A stretch of 64,000 nt of DNA, from positions 69,130,001 through 69,194,000 of the forward strand of contig CM060731.1 in the NCBI GenBank assembly GCA_030704615.1. The letters are read 5' to 3'. The notes under the pieces were generated by a model. It saw nothing but the letters and a program-made list of their open reading frames with translations, had not been told where the DNA came from and ran no database searches. Every line of letters starts with the position of its first letter. The stretch's first letter is position 1. The stretch comes from Takakia lepidozioides (taxonomy: Eukaryota; Plantae; Bryophyta). Positions 49,140 to 62,235 of the stretch are shown one piece after another. The position numbers were made by a program, and so were the translations under genes.

Positions 49140-49162
49140 CTGCTCACACGGTAGCTGCCCTC
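49140..49162 (-). repeat. Right TIR of MULE
   Basis: CTGCTCACACGGTAGCTGCCCTC, directly followed by the TSD. Confidence 0.75.
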
Positions 49163-49489
49163 TGTCTTGTACATGCCCTCTTAAAGCCTGGGGGGTGCAC
49201 TCTTTATAAACTGTGCGTATCACGTGCTGTCGTCGCCTAATAAAAAAACCCCCTTAATACGGGTCCTTGGATAATTTATACCCCCTCTGTACATACTTTT
49301 TGAAGATTATAAAACCCCCTCCTATAAATATACAAAAATTTACAATTTTTAAAAAGTACCCCCTTCTGTATGTATATTCTCATTTTCCATCATTAAAAAT
49401 AACCCTCCAATATGTATATGTATGTTTTTATATTATATCGAATTTATTCATTTAAAACATAATAAAATCTAACAAATTAATTAAAAAAA

Positions 49490-52400
49490 TTATTTGCCTT
49501 TGATAAAGTTGTCAAAGACTTTTCGGTCATTTGCATCAAGTACATATGTGTTTGACTTGACATTGTACTTTAAACATGCTAACGCGATAATGGAATCCAA
49601 ATCAACCATCATGTTATCCGTCAAATCGTACGTATAGACCCCTCCTCGAATTTTTTGGTACCATGCTAACCCAATCTCCATATGAGAAGGACGCTCCAAT
49701 AAATCAACAGAATCCCTACATTCTACAAACCGCTTATTGATTTTCTTCCGCATTCTTTGAACCCTGCCCAAATACCAAGTGCCTTTGGTTACTCCTCTGC
49801 AGGTTTTCCCTGGTCTGCCTTTCCTGTTTGTAGTTTGAATCGCAGTCTCCTCATCAACAAAAAATACAGCACAATCCGAACCCAATCCCAAGTTCGTGGC
49901 TTTGTTGCTGGTAGTTGGTTTGTTTTCTCGGCAAAACAACATCGATGCACTTCTTACTCGTGTCAATCTATCCTTGGATAGAGTAGGGTTGCCATTGAGT
50001 TGGCTAACCAAAGTACTTTTGAATATGGTCTTCCCGTCTACTTTGACAAATGGAACCACCGCCTTGATCCATCTTTCTCTTGTTCAAACTCATCAATGAC
50101 AGCATCCAGAGTATGTCTCAATTCACTTTGAACAAGTACCTCTTCCGCATGATCATCCAAAGGTTGGCTCAAAACATCCTCCATTGAATTCGAAGGCCCG
50201 CAAACCAATTCATCTTCCACGACCTCATTTTGAATATGTGTGTCTGCATTAAGAGGACAAATAGAATCTATGGCATCGACATCATCACCCTCCTCTTCCA
50301 TGCTTTTGAATAGCTCGGCCTCCATTTGTCTCTCAATTGTCCATGGCTCATTCCACCAATCCAAGTTTGTCGCTTTGTTTGGTTTCATCCCAAGTTTATG
50401 GCATAAAAGTTGCGCTTCTAGAAATCCAATTTTCAAAGCCTCCACAATGCAATCATCCGATTGGACAGTAGAAAAGTCGGACAAATCAGCAAGGGGGATA
50501 CCTGGCTTCTTCTCCAAAGAAAACCAAATGTGTTCTTGTTTCTTGTGAGCTCTTGAGAACTTGGGTCCTTTTGGATTCACCTCGAACTCGGATATGCATG
50601 TTAATGCTCCCGCACTCTCAATCAAATCACACCCGTCATATGTCCTCTCATTCCGTAACATACCTCCCACTTTGCTGAAGAATATTTCACACACATCTGA
50701 ACCAACAAGGCTCAAAGGAACTTGCACATGATTAAACTTATCCTTGAACAATTTGATAAGTAGAACCACGTAGTGGCATGAAATTTGTAAATCCAAGTAT
50801 GTTTCCCTGCTAATGAAGAAGGATTTCAGATTATACACCTCGTGGTGGAATAACCACAACTTCCACAATCTGAAAAAAAACGATACCTTCGCAGCAAATT
50901 GTACCCTCTCACACAATGACGTGTGAGGAGACAAAAAAATGTCGATGTAGCATGAAATGATGTATAGGTAAATTTCAGTACCTTTGGTCCTCTCCCTTCG
51001 ATGATTCACAGTTGATTGTAACTCCCTCAAACAAGCTTGCACCTTCCGAGATGCCAGTCGTTGAGCTGCTGCCCAATTCTGTCGATCTTCTCTTTTGATA
51101 TCACATTCCCGAAGTCCATGCTTGTCCACTGAAAATGAATGGTAGACCAATAACACATGATTCAATATAGCAACCTCATCACCCAACACCAAAGTCCGTG
51201 ATGCACTGTCCAAGGGATTTACCAATTTTTTCCCATTGTGGATGAAGTCCTGATCATGGAGTCCGTATATATCTCCCCCATTGCACACTCGACCTGTAAA
51301 CAACCATCCTTCCCAAGGGATGCAAAATCTACTTCCAGCCCCATTGGCATAATCTTCTAACATCACTTTTCTCCTCCTACTATCTCCGTCTGAAGCATGC
51401 CCAATTATAGGCCCAACCACGTCCCTCACATATTTGTCCCACAACTGTTTCACCACTTCCCATTGTGATCTCACAAAATTGTTGTTAAATCTATTGCAAG
51501 TGAGTTGGATTACCAATACCAATCGAGGTAAACGTACATGTAGAGGATTTGCTATCAACACTCTGGCGTAATGGGCAACCACATTGTTTTTGAATGCCTC
51601 CACAATATGTTCGTACCCTGATTCCCCTTCTCCCACTTGCACCACAAAATTTGAAATACATACATGGTTGTCTTGAAGCCCACAGAACCCGAGAAGGGTG
51701 TCATCCCTAGCAATCCAACGTACCAATCGCTTCACAACAGTTTCATCTTCGGCCACCATCACTGGGATGCTTCCCATTGGGATATTTGCATCTTCCATCA
51801 CATCTCTGTAAATTCCAGCCACATGCTGAAATATATCATCCATTTCTCCCGCTCTATACTTCAAACCTTTCCTCAAAGACCGTCTTGTAGTATCAATAGA
51901 AGGACCCCCCACATTTGAAGCCAAAAAATGATTCAATCTCGGACCCCCCAAAGCTGCACAGTCTCAAACATTGTTTTTGTGCTGGTACCATACCTCTTCC
52001 CTTGTGGAGACCTGTCAATATTCTTGCCCATATCAACAAGAAAATCCCACAAACTTTCTTCAAAATCCCCCCTCCTATGTGCATCAACAATATCACGACA
52101 AAATTTGAGAACATCTCCTCTTTCAATTGCCTCAATCCCAGACTCCTTCAAACTCCCTTGCACAGACAAGGATGCCACTTTGGTCCTGGCCTCCCACAAT
52201 TTGAACCTCAACTGCCTCAACTCCTGTCTGTTTTTGTAAACTTGTTTGACAATCTCCGCATTTCCAAGATATGACAACCTTCTTCCCTTGCCAATATCTC
52301 TCTCCCCTCTATATTCCATGGCACCTCTCTCTCTATATACCCTCATTCTGAAGTCATTTTCCAAGGGAATGGAAGAACATGCTGAACACCTCAAGTTTGG

Positions 52401-53909
52401 AAATGGCTCCCCATCCAATGACACTCTAAAACAATCCGCGTGCCGAAACGTACCAACAACCTTATGCTCTTGATTGTTTAGAGTGATGGTTGCATGTGTC
52501 AACGGCTCGACATACCACTTCTTTCCTCCCTTGCTATCTTGAAGGAATGGTTTCAGACTTATTCTCTTGTGGTTGTACTCCCACCATTCATCCCATAGGC
52601 CCCAACACAAATTGTCTCTTCCTTTGTTGCATTGGGACCTTCGCTGTAATTGTCAATCCTCAATTAGATCTGCCCGTTGGGCAGCGTCAACACAAGTGTA
52701 TGGAGTTTGTGACGAGGATGCTCCCATTGTTGATGCCACAATTGGATTGTCAAGTGGTGGGGACGGCAACACAGGTTGACTGACCAAGAAAGAGCTTAGA
52801 TCCCGTTGCTTTACATCTTTGGCAATCATAGGCTCTGGAGGCCTTCCTCTCTTTTTGCACAGTCCTTCATTACTTCCAACCTTCTGGCAAATCTCTGCAT
52901 CGACATGAGTTTTTCCTTTCACATGCTCTGTCAAAAAAGATTGCAAAGAACCTGTCCTTGGAAACAAGAGTAGCCACTTCGAATCAAGTGCGCACTTAAT
53001 CCTTATGGAACCCAGCTGCGAATAGTCTCCAATTGTGGCTTCCACAATCTCAAATCTGTTTCCAGGATTGTCCTCACAAAACCGAGCGACTTCCTCTAAT
53101 GCCTCCTTCACCCTGTTCTTCTTTGCATCTAATGCTTCATCTGCATTTACAGGGCTGATGACACATTGTGATGAACCCTTCCCATGACGCCTCTCATAGG
53201 CTATGCGATGCCCCTCACTCCTCAAATGAGATCTCATAAAGTTTGCACATGCATCATGTGGTTTGTTTTTCCCAGACCGTGCATAAACATCCTCACACTC
53301 AACACACCATATGTGGAACATTGCTTGTCCTTGTTGATCCTTTGTCATGAGCTCAAACTTGTCACATCGTCCTTCTGCAGAGATTTTCCTTTCAACGGCT
53401 CTAATCTCTTTCTGCCATTTTTGAATATCGCTGGATATAGCCAACGTGCTGCACAATCTACCAGATCTCTGCTGAAGTGCATGCTCATGTGCATGGTCTT
53501 CATTTCCACCATCGCCAGCAAAGGGTGTATCAGGGTCCATCCTCATCTTTTTAGACACTGGTGTCGGGTCCTCGCCTGGTCCGTCCTCATGCAAGATCGT
53601 AGAACCACTGGAAGATAGAGGTCTTTTCAATCCTTGGTCCCCATCATTTTGGTTTGAAATCTTAATGTGTACAGTATCCCTTTTCAGAACCATCATCTCT
53701 TCCTGCTTGGCTGAAAGGACACTACCCCCCATGGAAAGGAAATGAAATTTTCCTGAGACAAGCTCATCACCTAGAATTTCTGCTCGGTGTATGTGACACC
53801 TTGCATAGTGAACACAGAACCAAGCCTGTTTGGTGATGCATTTCCTCCAATGAGCAGGACTTTTACTTCCAACTCTGATGAGTTCACCTGCAAAATGCAA
53901 TGAAAACAT
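49490..53909 (-). pseudogene. Large DDE transposase gene resembling the P-element superfamily, with N-terminal C2H2-like fingers; split by about 3 frameshifts
   Basis: Ordered motifs VMVAEDET, GHASDGDSRRR, DQDFIHNGKKLVNPL (DxxH..K..N), DRQNWAAAQRL, GTEIYLYIISCYIDIF, GSDVCEIFFSKVGG. N-terminal CVEC..HLRSEGH and CALD..HVKGKTH. Confidence 0.55.
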
Positions 53910-54119
53910 TTCAAATCAGACCTTGATAGACCAATAACAAAGCACCCGGGTTGGAAGGTTCCAAAGTCATGTTTTAGACAACCCTATAGGCTGTCCAAGC
54001 AGGGACTACGTTGATAAGAGGATGAAATGTGTACAGAAGCAAGTACCTGATTGATGAGTTTGACGCTGCTAATTCTTGCTGCTGCTATTGACCAAGTGCT
54101 ACTACTTCCACTGCTGGTA

Positions 54120-54516
54120 GCCCTCTTGGGTGATCCTGAACCCACAGTCCATCCTTGCATCAGTGGCTAGCCCTCCCTCCACACTAACATATTTAAATAC
54201 AAAGTTCTGTCAAACTCCCTACGATGTTGCATGAAGAAAGCTCACCTTGTTGACAATATTGTCCCACCGCTGTGGATCATATTTATAGAACTCCTGCCAG
54301 CGCTGTTCCTTGCTCCAAATCTGGCCCTCTTGGTTGATTTTGTACCCACGATCCTCTCCCTGCATCAACAACTACCCCTCCCTCCACACTAACAATGCGT
54401 ACATCATGCCTCTGCAGCTGCTACAGTGGCTTCCAGTTGACCATCTACCCATGCAGGTTTCTTGTAGCTATCCTTTCACATGGAATCATAGGTAATCTGG
54501 AGCTTGGAATCCGGCC
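54120..54516 (-). pseudogene. PDF-motif fragments
   Basis: Minus strand reads PDSKLQITYDSM*KDSYKKPAWVDGQL, INQEG/PRGPD, EQRWQEFYKYDPQRWDNIVNK|GTGAG and CAG|DHPRG. DNA is homologous to 6079-6180 and 6753-6850. Confidence 0.55.
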
Positions 54517-54597
54517 ATCTGGAAATTTAGGGACGACTCTGATAATAGGGGAAAACAGGCTGAAATGTGTTGAAGAAGGTACCTTCATTAGCAAACC

Positions 54598-55022
54598 TTG
54601 AATAACAGGACAAGAGGTGACCAAGTGCAGTGGACTCGTGAGAAATCCCAAACTGGGGAACGTTCCATTGTGGACTATATCATAATGGACAAAAAATTGT
54701 TCCCCCAGTGTGCCAATGTGTTGATCGACAGAACTGATATTGGTACCTCGGACCACTTCCTGGTTTGGACTGAGATCAAAAGGTGTTTTTCCAACACCAG
54801 AGTAGAAGAGATTCTCAAGGACCTGGACCTGGATCCGCAAGTCTTGACCCTGCTGGATAAATCCAACTTAGAGGCTGTAGTGTCCAAAGCCATGTCTGTT
54901 GCCATGAGATTGTCTAATGAAAATGAAGTTAGGCAGAAAACTTCCCTGAACTTGTTTCTAGTCAGTGACATGGGGGAGGACATCTTGGATGACCTCAAGG
55001 GTCCACCCACTCTCGGCACTAG
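54598..55022 (+). mobile_element. LINE (non-LTR) remnant: APE endonuclease C-terminus fused to a short downstream fragment
   Basis: WTR....GERSIVDYIIMD...DIGTSDHFLVWTEI matches the S.IDY...SDH signature. Confidence 0.7.
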
Positions 55023-58000
55023 TGTTAGAGGACTGTCTGGGACTTAGACACTTATACGGGATCTGTAAGGTACCCTTAATTTTTGCACAGACTGAGACCA
55101 ACAGGAGCCTTAGGGGTGACAGCAGCGCACTGTAGAGGGGAGTTACACAGTCCGTCACAGCCAACACAGCCAACACAGCCCGTCACAGTCGTCACAGCCG
55201 ACACAGCCAACACAGCCAGTCACAGCCCGACACAGCCAAACACAGTCGCACAGCCAGTCACAGCCCGTCACAGTTTCACACAGCCAGTCACAGCTTGACA
55301 CAGCTGTCACGACCATAGGGAACGGAGAGCAGGACAGGGAACGACTGTGGGGAACAACACCTGCAAATGGAACATGTTAGTTCACGAACGACGGTTAGTA
55401 AGGGAAACGGTTAGAGCCACGGGTAGGAAGATAAAGGGAGAAGCAAGGATTGAGAGTGGGGGATTATTATTTTCTTGGAAGCACTTCACGGGGGAGGACT
55501 TCTGGGTCATGCATGATAGGGGATCGGGCGGAGAGCAAGAACGGAAGCAAAGATGGAGAGCACGGTGAAGGAGAAAAGATGATTAGTAGATGCTTGTTAT
55601 ATGCAAAGCTGTAGTGATATTGTAGAGCAGATTAGAGACACAATGGCTTCGGCCTGATACCTGATAAATCATAATCTGATACTTATACGATACAATCACA
55701 CTGTGTAGAGAGATCTGAGTGAAGCTGTGGAATGAATGGATGAGTTGATGGAATCCGATAGATTGATGAAGCAAACTGATACTTAATTATCAATGGTAAG
55801 GTAGCTAACATGAATGCCAAAAGGGAAACAAATAGGAAACACCCCCATGATACACTAGCTGTAGGTCATGACTGATTGTTCTGCGTGGGCTGAGTACTTA
55901 GAGATTTCCAACTCTTCTATCTTGGAGTTTCCGCCTCGGATAGCGAAGGGATGGGTGAGTAAAAGCCGCGCGACATTTGGCGACCATACTGGGGAACTGA
56001 GTCATGAACAACCAGATGTGACAGGCATCTGGTGGGATCATGGTGGTTGGACCATTAAAGAATTTGAAGTGAATCAAATTCCCTGTGGAACGAAGGAAGA
56101 AAGATTGTCCAAACAATTCTTTCAAAGGTTCTTGGAATTGCCAGACGGTTGTAAAAAAATATTCTTAAGCGAGTGCATGATGCTGATCCGGAATGGGGTC
56201 TGGAGAAAGGAGTGATAAAGATTTATCAGGTAGCCTGTAGAGGAAGAGCATGTTGGTTACCAACGTTGGTTTATGTGATAGCATTGCTATCCATTAAGCG
56301 AGTAGAGTTTGAAGGCTCGGAAGAAAGAAAGGTGAATGTTTATACTCATATGCATGAAGAGCTTGTACTGGTAAAGAATTGGATTCCAAAGGATATTTTG
56401 TGGATCAAACTCACACCAAGAACAGCTTTCCAGACTTGTTTGCCATATGGTTATATGGTAACGGAGACTTCAAGTATAGCCAAGGGTGCATTGAAGCTTG
56501 AAAGAAACCCAGGCATATACGAGAGATATTACAGAAGAGAGTTTTGGTTATTGCCACATTAAAAGAAATGAAAGACATGGGACATGAGTGATGAAAGAGA
56601 AGCTAGACGCCAGAGATATTCAGCAAAAAGAGAAAGCTATCTGAAAGCTAATTATCCATATCTTTGGGAGAGAGGAATAGACATAGGGGAATCATCTGGA
56701 CCTCTCACACCATTAAGATCAAAGAGCACATCACCCATACCGGAAGAACTAGAGTTGGATGCCACTCCTTCTGTTTCTTTGCAAGAAAGATTAAGGGAAT
56801 TGGTACAGGAAGAAGATCAATCACGAGGTGAAAGATCTGAGGTACATCCCTGGATAAAAGATTTGACAGAAATCTTTGATAAGAGTTGGCATGGAACACC
56901 AAAAGCAGGAACTCCAGTTTCTGAAACGGAAGGTGAAGAAGGTGAAGAGGATGTGGCAGAGCCAACGGAGAGTTCAGACTCTCCAACACCATTACAGTTG
57001 AGTTACATGAGTGAAGAAGAAACCCAAGGACAGAACTTGGAGGATGAAAACAGGGAGAAGAAATTGGAAGAGGAAGAATATGAAGAAGTAGACCCAACAG
57101 CTGAGGTTGAGACTACAACCAGGACATCCCAACCCGTTGGACCTGGATCAAGTGGAGCACTTCGATCACAGGCCAACGAAGTTGTCGGCTCAGGGGGATC
57201 AGGCGGGCTGCCTGGATCTGGCTCTGGGGGGACAGGGAGTGTGGGAAGTAGTGCAACTGAAGCTGGGAATACTGTGAATATCGTGGGGCCAGAAGCAGGG
57301 AGTGCTCAAGGGCCACCACTTGGTGGAAGATCCACCACAAAAACAACAGGTCCAGAAGGACCAGCACCAGCAAGGGTGCCAGCACCTGTCAGTGGGCAGA
57401 AGGTAGGGCCACAGATGGCGTTACAACCAACACGGGCAAAACCACCTTTTCCAATATATTCAGGAAAAATGGATCCGGATGTACACATTAGCCAATTTGA
57501 GCACATGTGTATTGTGAACAATGAGAATGGCGATGATGCCAAGATGAGATTGTTTCCTTGTTCACTTATCAAGAAAACAAGTGAATGGTATACAAGATTC
57601 CCTGATAATCATTTCCTAACCTGGAATGGCTTGAATACAACATTCCAAAATAGGTTCAGGACAAGTAAAACTGAGGATGAAGTGTATGGAAGTTTACAAC
57701 AGTTAAAGCAAAAGAAGCATGAAACTGTTGAGGAGTATATGGAAAAGATAGAATTGATGATGAAAAAGCTGGCTGCTGTACCAGCACCAAGTTTACAGAA
57801 GACTTGGTTTGTGAGTGGACTAAGACCAGAGTTGCAAAAGAAAGTGGATATGTTACCCCATAATACAGTGGAGGAGGCATTTGAAACAGCGAACAGAATT
57901 GAGCAATTGGAAATGCTCAGGAGAGAGAAAAGGGATGATGAGGACTCTGAGGATGAGTCAGATGAGGAAGAAGAGCAAGAGCTGAAAAAGAAGAGTAAGA

Positions 58001-61000
58001 GGAAGGAGAAGTTGAAGAAGGATAACTATGAAAAAAGATTGGAAGAAATCTTGAAGAAGTATGCCACAAAGGCTGCAACACATTGGAGGAAAGGTGTATG
58101 GTGTGCAAAGTGCCAAAATGAAGGCCATACCACCACAGAATGCCACATGAAGGAGAAACATTGTACTATCTGTAAAATGGATAACCATTCTACTGAGAAT
58201 TGTTACTACAACAGAAGGACAGTTTCAAGAGAACCTAGGCAAGTAAGGGTGCATCAGGTGCAGCCCCAGCCAAGAAGAAACAACGATCAGGACCACTATG
58301 GTAGGTCTGGTGGTTATAACAATGGCATGGAAGGGAGAGGTAATTCAAGAGGGAATTACCAAGGAAATTCCACGGCAACTATCAGGGTAATCCAAGGGGG
58401 AATTACCAACCCGGGAATCAGGATTACAGAAATAATCCAAGAACAGACCAAGGGCGAGGACCCAATGGTGAAGAACTATGTTACTATTGTAATCAGCCAG
58501 GACATCGCAGGGCAGCCTGTTCATTCTGGATAAGACACTAGAATGAGATGAGAGCTCCTGTGAATGAGGGCCCAGTGGTGGCAGCTCACATGGTTAGGCC
58601 ATGTGTTGTACCAGAAGTAAGTACAATGATAGTAACAAGAAGCAAAGCCAAACTAATACCTCCAGTAGTAGAGGAAGAAGATGATAATGAAGGTGGCAAT
58701 GATATGCCTGAAGATGAAGAGACTTGGAAAGATGAGAAGGAACTGCACAAGGAAGTGGCAGATACTATAAGGGAAATGCAGAAGAGTACTGATATTCCTG
58801 TGGCAGTTTCCTCTGATTCTGATGGAGAAGAAGAAGGGAGTGAGGAAGAAAGAAAGAAAGAAGATGCAGACATGCAAAGTAATGAAGAGACTTTGGCTGA
58901 AGTAATATGCCAGACCAAAGCAGAAATTACCATTGGACAGCTATTAGCTGTGGCACCTTATTGTAGGCACAGGCTGTATCAAGCAATCAATCGAATTTCC
59001 CAGGAGACAGGAAACACAGACCTGAACAGCAAGGTGACCAGTTATAATGTGAAGCCGGAAGGGCGAGAAACAGTCATGGACTTTGATGATTCTATGCCAG
59101 TAATCCAATTGAGAATTGGAAGCACAGAACTAACTGATGTACTGATAGATGGAGGTTCTAGAGTAAATATCATGACAGACCAATTAAGGAAGAAGCTTGG
59201 TCTAAGTAACATGAAACCAGCCCCATTTACAGTAACAATGGCAGATCAAAGAAGTGTACAGCCATTGGGATTGATAAGAGGAGTTAAGATACATATATAG
59301 AAGATGATCTTTATGATCACAATAACTGTGTTGAAGATGGATGAAGTCATGGAGGCTTACTCCTTATTATTGGGACGTCCGTGGCTGAAACATGCCAGGG
59401 TATTCCATGCTAACCGTGCATAATGGGATACACGAGATACAAATTACCACAAAGAAATCTAGTAGATTACCTGCTACAAGAAGACCTCGAGGAGTCAGAG
59501 AGTATGACTGGAAAGGAGGACTGGATGAGGAGCAGGAAGCTACCCTATTTGCTGCACACCCAGAGTGGGAGCAGGTTGCAGAGATGCGGCTGGAAAGCCT
59601 AAGTTGTTTAAGAGGTATCTGCTGTGGTGTAGTGACAGCAACACCAACTGAAGAGGAAACCAGCAGTTACCCATCACATTTCTATGAGGAAAGAGAAGGA
59701 GAAATGGAAATCCTAGAGGAACCAGCCACTGTGAGCTTACAAGATGAAGTGGTGACTGGTTGGACAATCATAGCTGATGAGCAGGTGAGGGAAGTGAATG
59801 TGGGAACTAAAGAGGAACCGAGGTGAAAGTAGGAGCTGATTTGGAGCCGGAATTCTTTGAAGAAGCTAAAAGCTTGTTCATCAAATACAGAGATGTATTT
59901 GTTTGGAGCTATGAGGATCTAAAAGGGATACCACCTGAAGTCTGTCAGCATAAGATTGAACTGGAACCAGGGTCAGTACCCATCAAGCAGGTGAGGTACA
60001 GAATGAATCCCAACTACGCACAGAAGGTTGGAGAAGAGATAAAGAAGTTGGCTGAGGCTAAGTTTATATACCCAATAGAGTATACAACTTGGTTGTCACC
60101 CATTGTTATAGTTCCCAAGAAGAATGGTAAACTAAGAGTTTGTGTGAACTACAAGAAACTGAATGCTTGTACGAAGAAAGATCATTTCCCTTTGCCATTC
60201 ACAGAAGCAGTATTAGACACTGTGGCAGGCCATGAGATGTACTCATTCATGGATGGCTTCAGTGGTTATAATCAAGTGCAAGTGGCAGAAGAAGACCAAG
60301 GAAAAATAGCTTTCATCACAGACTGGGGGGCTTATGCATACAAAGTCATGCCCTTTGGACTTTGTAATGCACCAGCGACCTTTCAGAGAGTGATAAGTGA
60401 ATCTTTTCATGAGTATCTGGATGATTTCATGCAGGTATTCTTGGATGATTTCAGTGTGTACAGCTCTAAGAATGAGCACTTACATAAATTGGAGTTATGT
60501 CTGGCCAGATGCAGGATGAGAGGTCTGGGCCTGAATCTAGATAAGTGTACTTTCTGTGTGAACTCAGGGGTGCTTCTGGGACACATTGTGTGTAAGAAGG
60601 GACTCCTTGTGGATCCCAGGAAGACAGAGGCCATTAAAGCCTCTCCACCACCAGTGAATGTTAAGAGTCTAAGGAGATTCTTTGGGCAAACCAGTTATTA
60701 CAGAAGATTTGTCAAAAGATATGCACAAATAGCAGCACCATTGAGCAAGCTACTGAAGAAAGATGCAGTGTTTGCCTGGACAGCTGAATGTCAATAGGCA
60801 TTTGAGGAACTTACACTGTCAGTAACAACTACACCTGTGCTGATTAACCCTCACTGGCATGTAGTATTTCATGTTCATTGTGATGCATCAGGAGAAGCGT
60901 TGGGAGCGGTGTTAGCCCAGAATGTTACAAGAAATATAGATTCACCTGTGTACTATGCTAGCAGGTTGATGAACAGTGCTGAAAAGAACTATAGCACAAC

Positions 61001-62235
61001 GGAAAGAGAAGCATTGACAATGATCTATGCAGTGAAGAAATTCAGGCATTACCTGTTGGGCAAGAAGTTTATGTTCTATGTGGATCACCAGGCTCTGATA
61101 TACCTGGTAAACAAACCTCTGATAAGCGGAAGAATAACAAGATGGTTGATAATCTTGCACGAGTTTGAGTTCGAGGTTGTTTACAAGCCTGAGAGACTGC
61201 ATCTTGTGGCGGATCACTTGTCACGGTTATCAACATGAGAACCAGCCACAGGAATAGATGATCAATTACCAGATGCGAGTCTATTTGCAGTGGAGGTGCA
61301 GGGAAGTGCAGATGACTGGTTAGATTGGCAGTGGCAAATCAGATACTACCTTGCTCATGGTAAGTGTCCACCTAGTTATGGTAAGGAGCAGAGGAAGAGA
61401 ATTGCTATCAAAGCTTTACCTTATACTATGGTAGGAAGCAGAATGTATAAGCTAGGACCTGATGGAGTACTAAAACGATGCTTGTACCACCATGAAGTAA
61501 ATAAAATTTTGGAGGAAGTTCATAAAGGAGTGGCTGGAGGTCATTTTGGAGAAGAGACTACCAGTAGGAAGATACTACTCGCAGGTTACTGGTGGCCTAC
61601 TTTGTTCAAAGATGTACACGAGTATTGTCAGAGTTGTGATGAATGTCAGAGGCTAGGACCTTTGCAGAGATCTGGAAGGATGGCCTTGCATCCTACAATG
61701 CCTACGGAACCATTTCAGAAATGGGGACTAGACTTTGTTGGACCAATTAACCAACCAGCCAAGAATACACGGAACATGTACATAATTACAGCCACTGATT
61801 ATACTACGAAGTGGGTGGAAGCTAAAGCTTTGAGGGACAACACAGCCAAGTCCACAGCAAGGTTCCTGTATGAGAACATACTTACACGATTTGGCTGTCC
61901 TTTAGAATTTATCAGTGATCAGGGAAGTCACTTCATGAATGAGACCATTGAGTTGTTGACTAAAGAGTTCATGATTGTACATAGAAAGAGTACAACATAC
62001 TACCCACAGGGTAATGGGCAGGCAGAGGCTACCAACAAAATACTATGTACTATCTTGGCTAAGATAATCAATGCAAACAGAACGGATTGGGATACAAAGC
62101 TGCTGACAGCTTTGTGGTCATACAGGACTTCATATAAAGTCACCAGTAAGTATACACCATTCCAATTAGTTTATGGTATGGAAGCCTTACTTCCAGTGGA
62201 ATTCCTGTTACCTACCATGAGAACGGAGTGGGGAA
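55023..62235 (+). mobile_element. Ty3/Gypsy copy B (same family as A): 5' LTR 55023-55975 plus gag-pol, interrupted in the integrase
   Basis: TGTTAGAGGAC...CGCGACA, then a PBS. gag-pol at 56584-62235 is highly similar to copy A. Homology stops abruptly at about 62235. Confidence 0.93.
56584..62235 (+). pseudogene. gag-pol: gag-pol of copy B
   Basis: Same domains as copy A. It retains the PFQKWGLDFVGP integrase segment that is deleted in A. Several stops and frameshifts. Confidence 0.92.

Larger units (their letters stand above)
23059..49162 (+). mobile_element. Mutator-like (MULE) DNA transposon with accessory ParB-MTase-like gene and palindrome arrays; about 13.1 kb excluding nested LTR element
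   Basis: 10-bp direct repeat TGTCTTGTAC at 23049-23058 and 49163-49172. Termini GGGGGATGCTATTGTGTGAGCAG and revcomp GAGGGCAGCTACCGTGTGAGCAG match at 18/23. Internal MULE-type transposase with SWIM finger. Confidence 0.85.
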
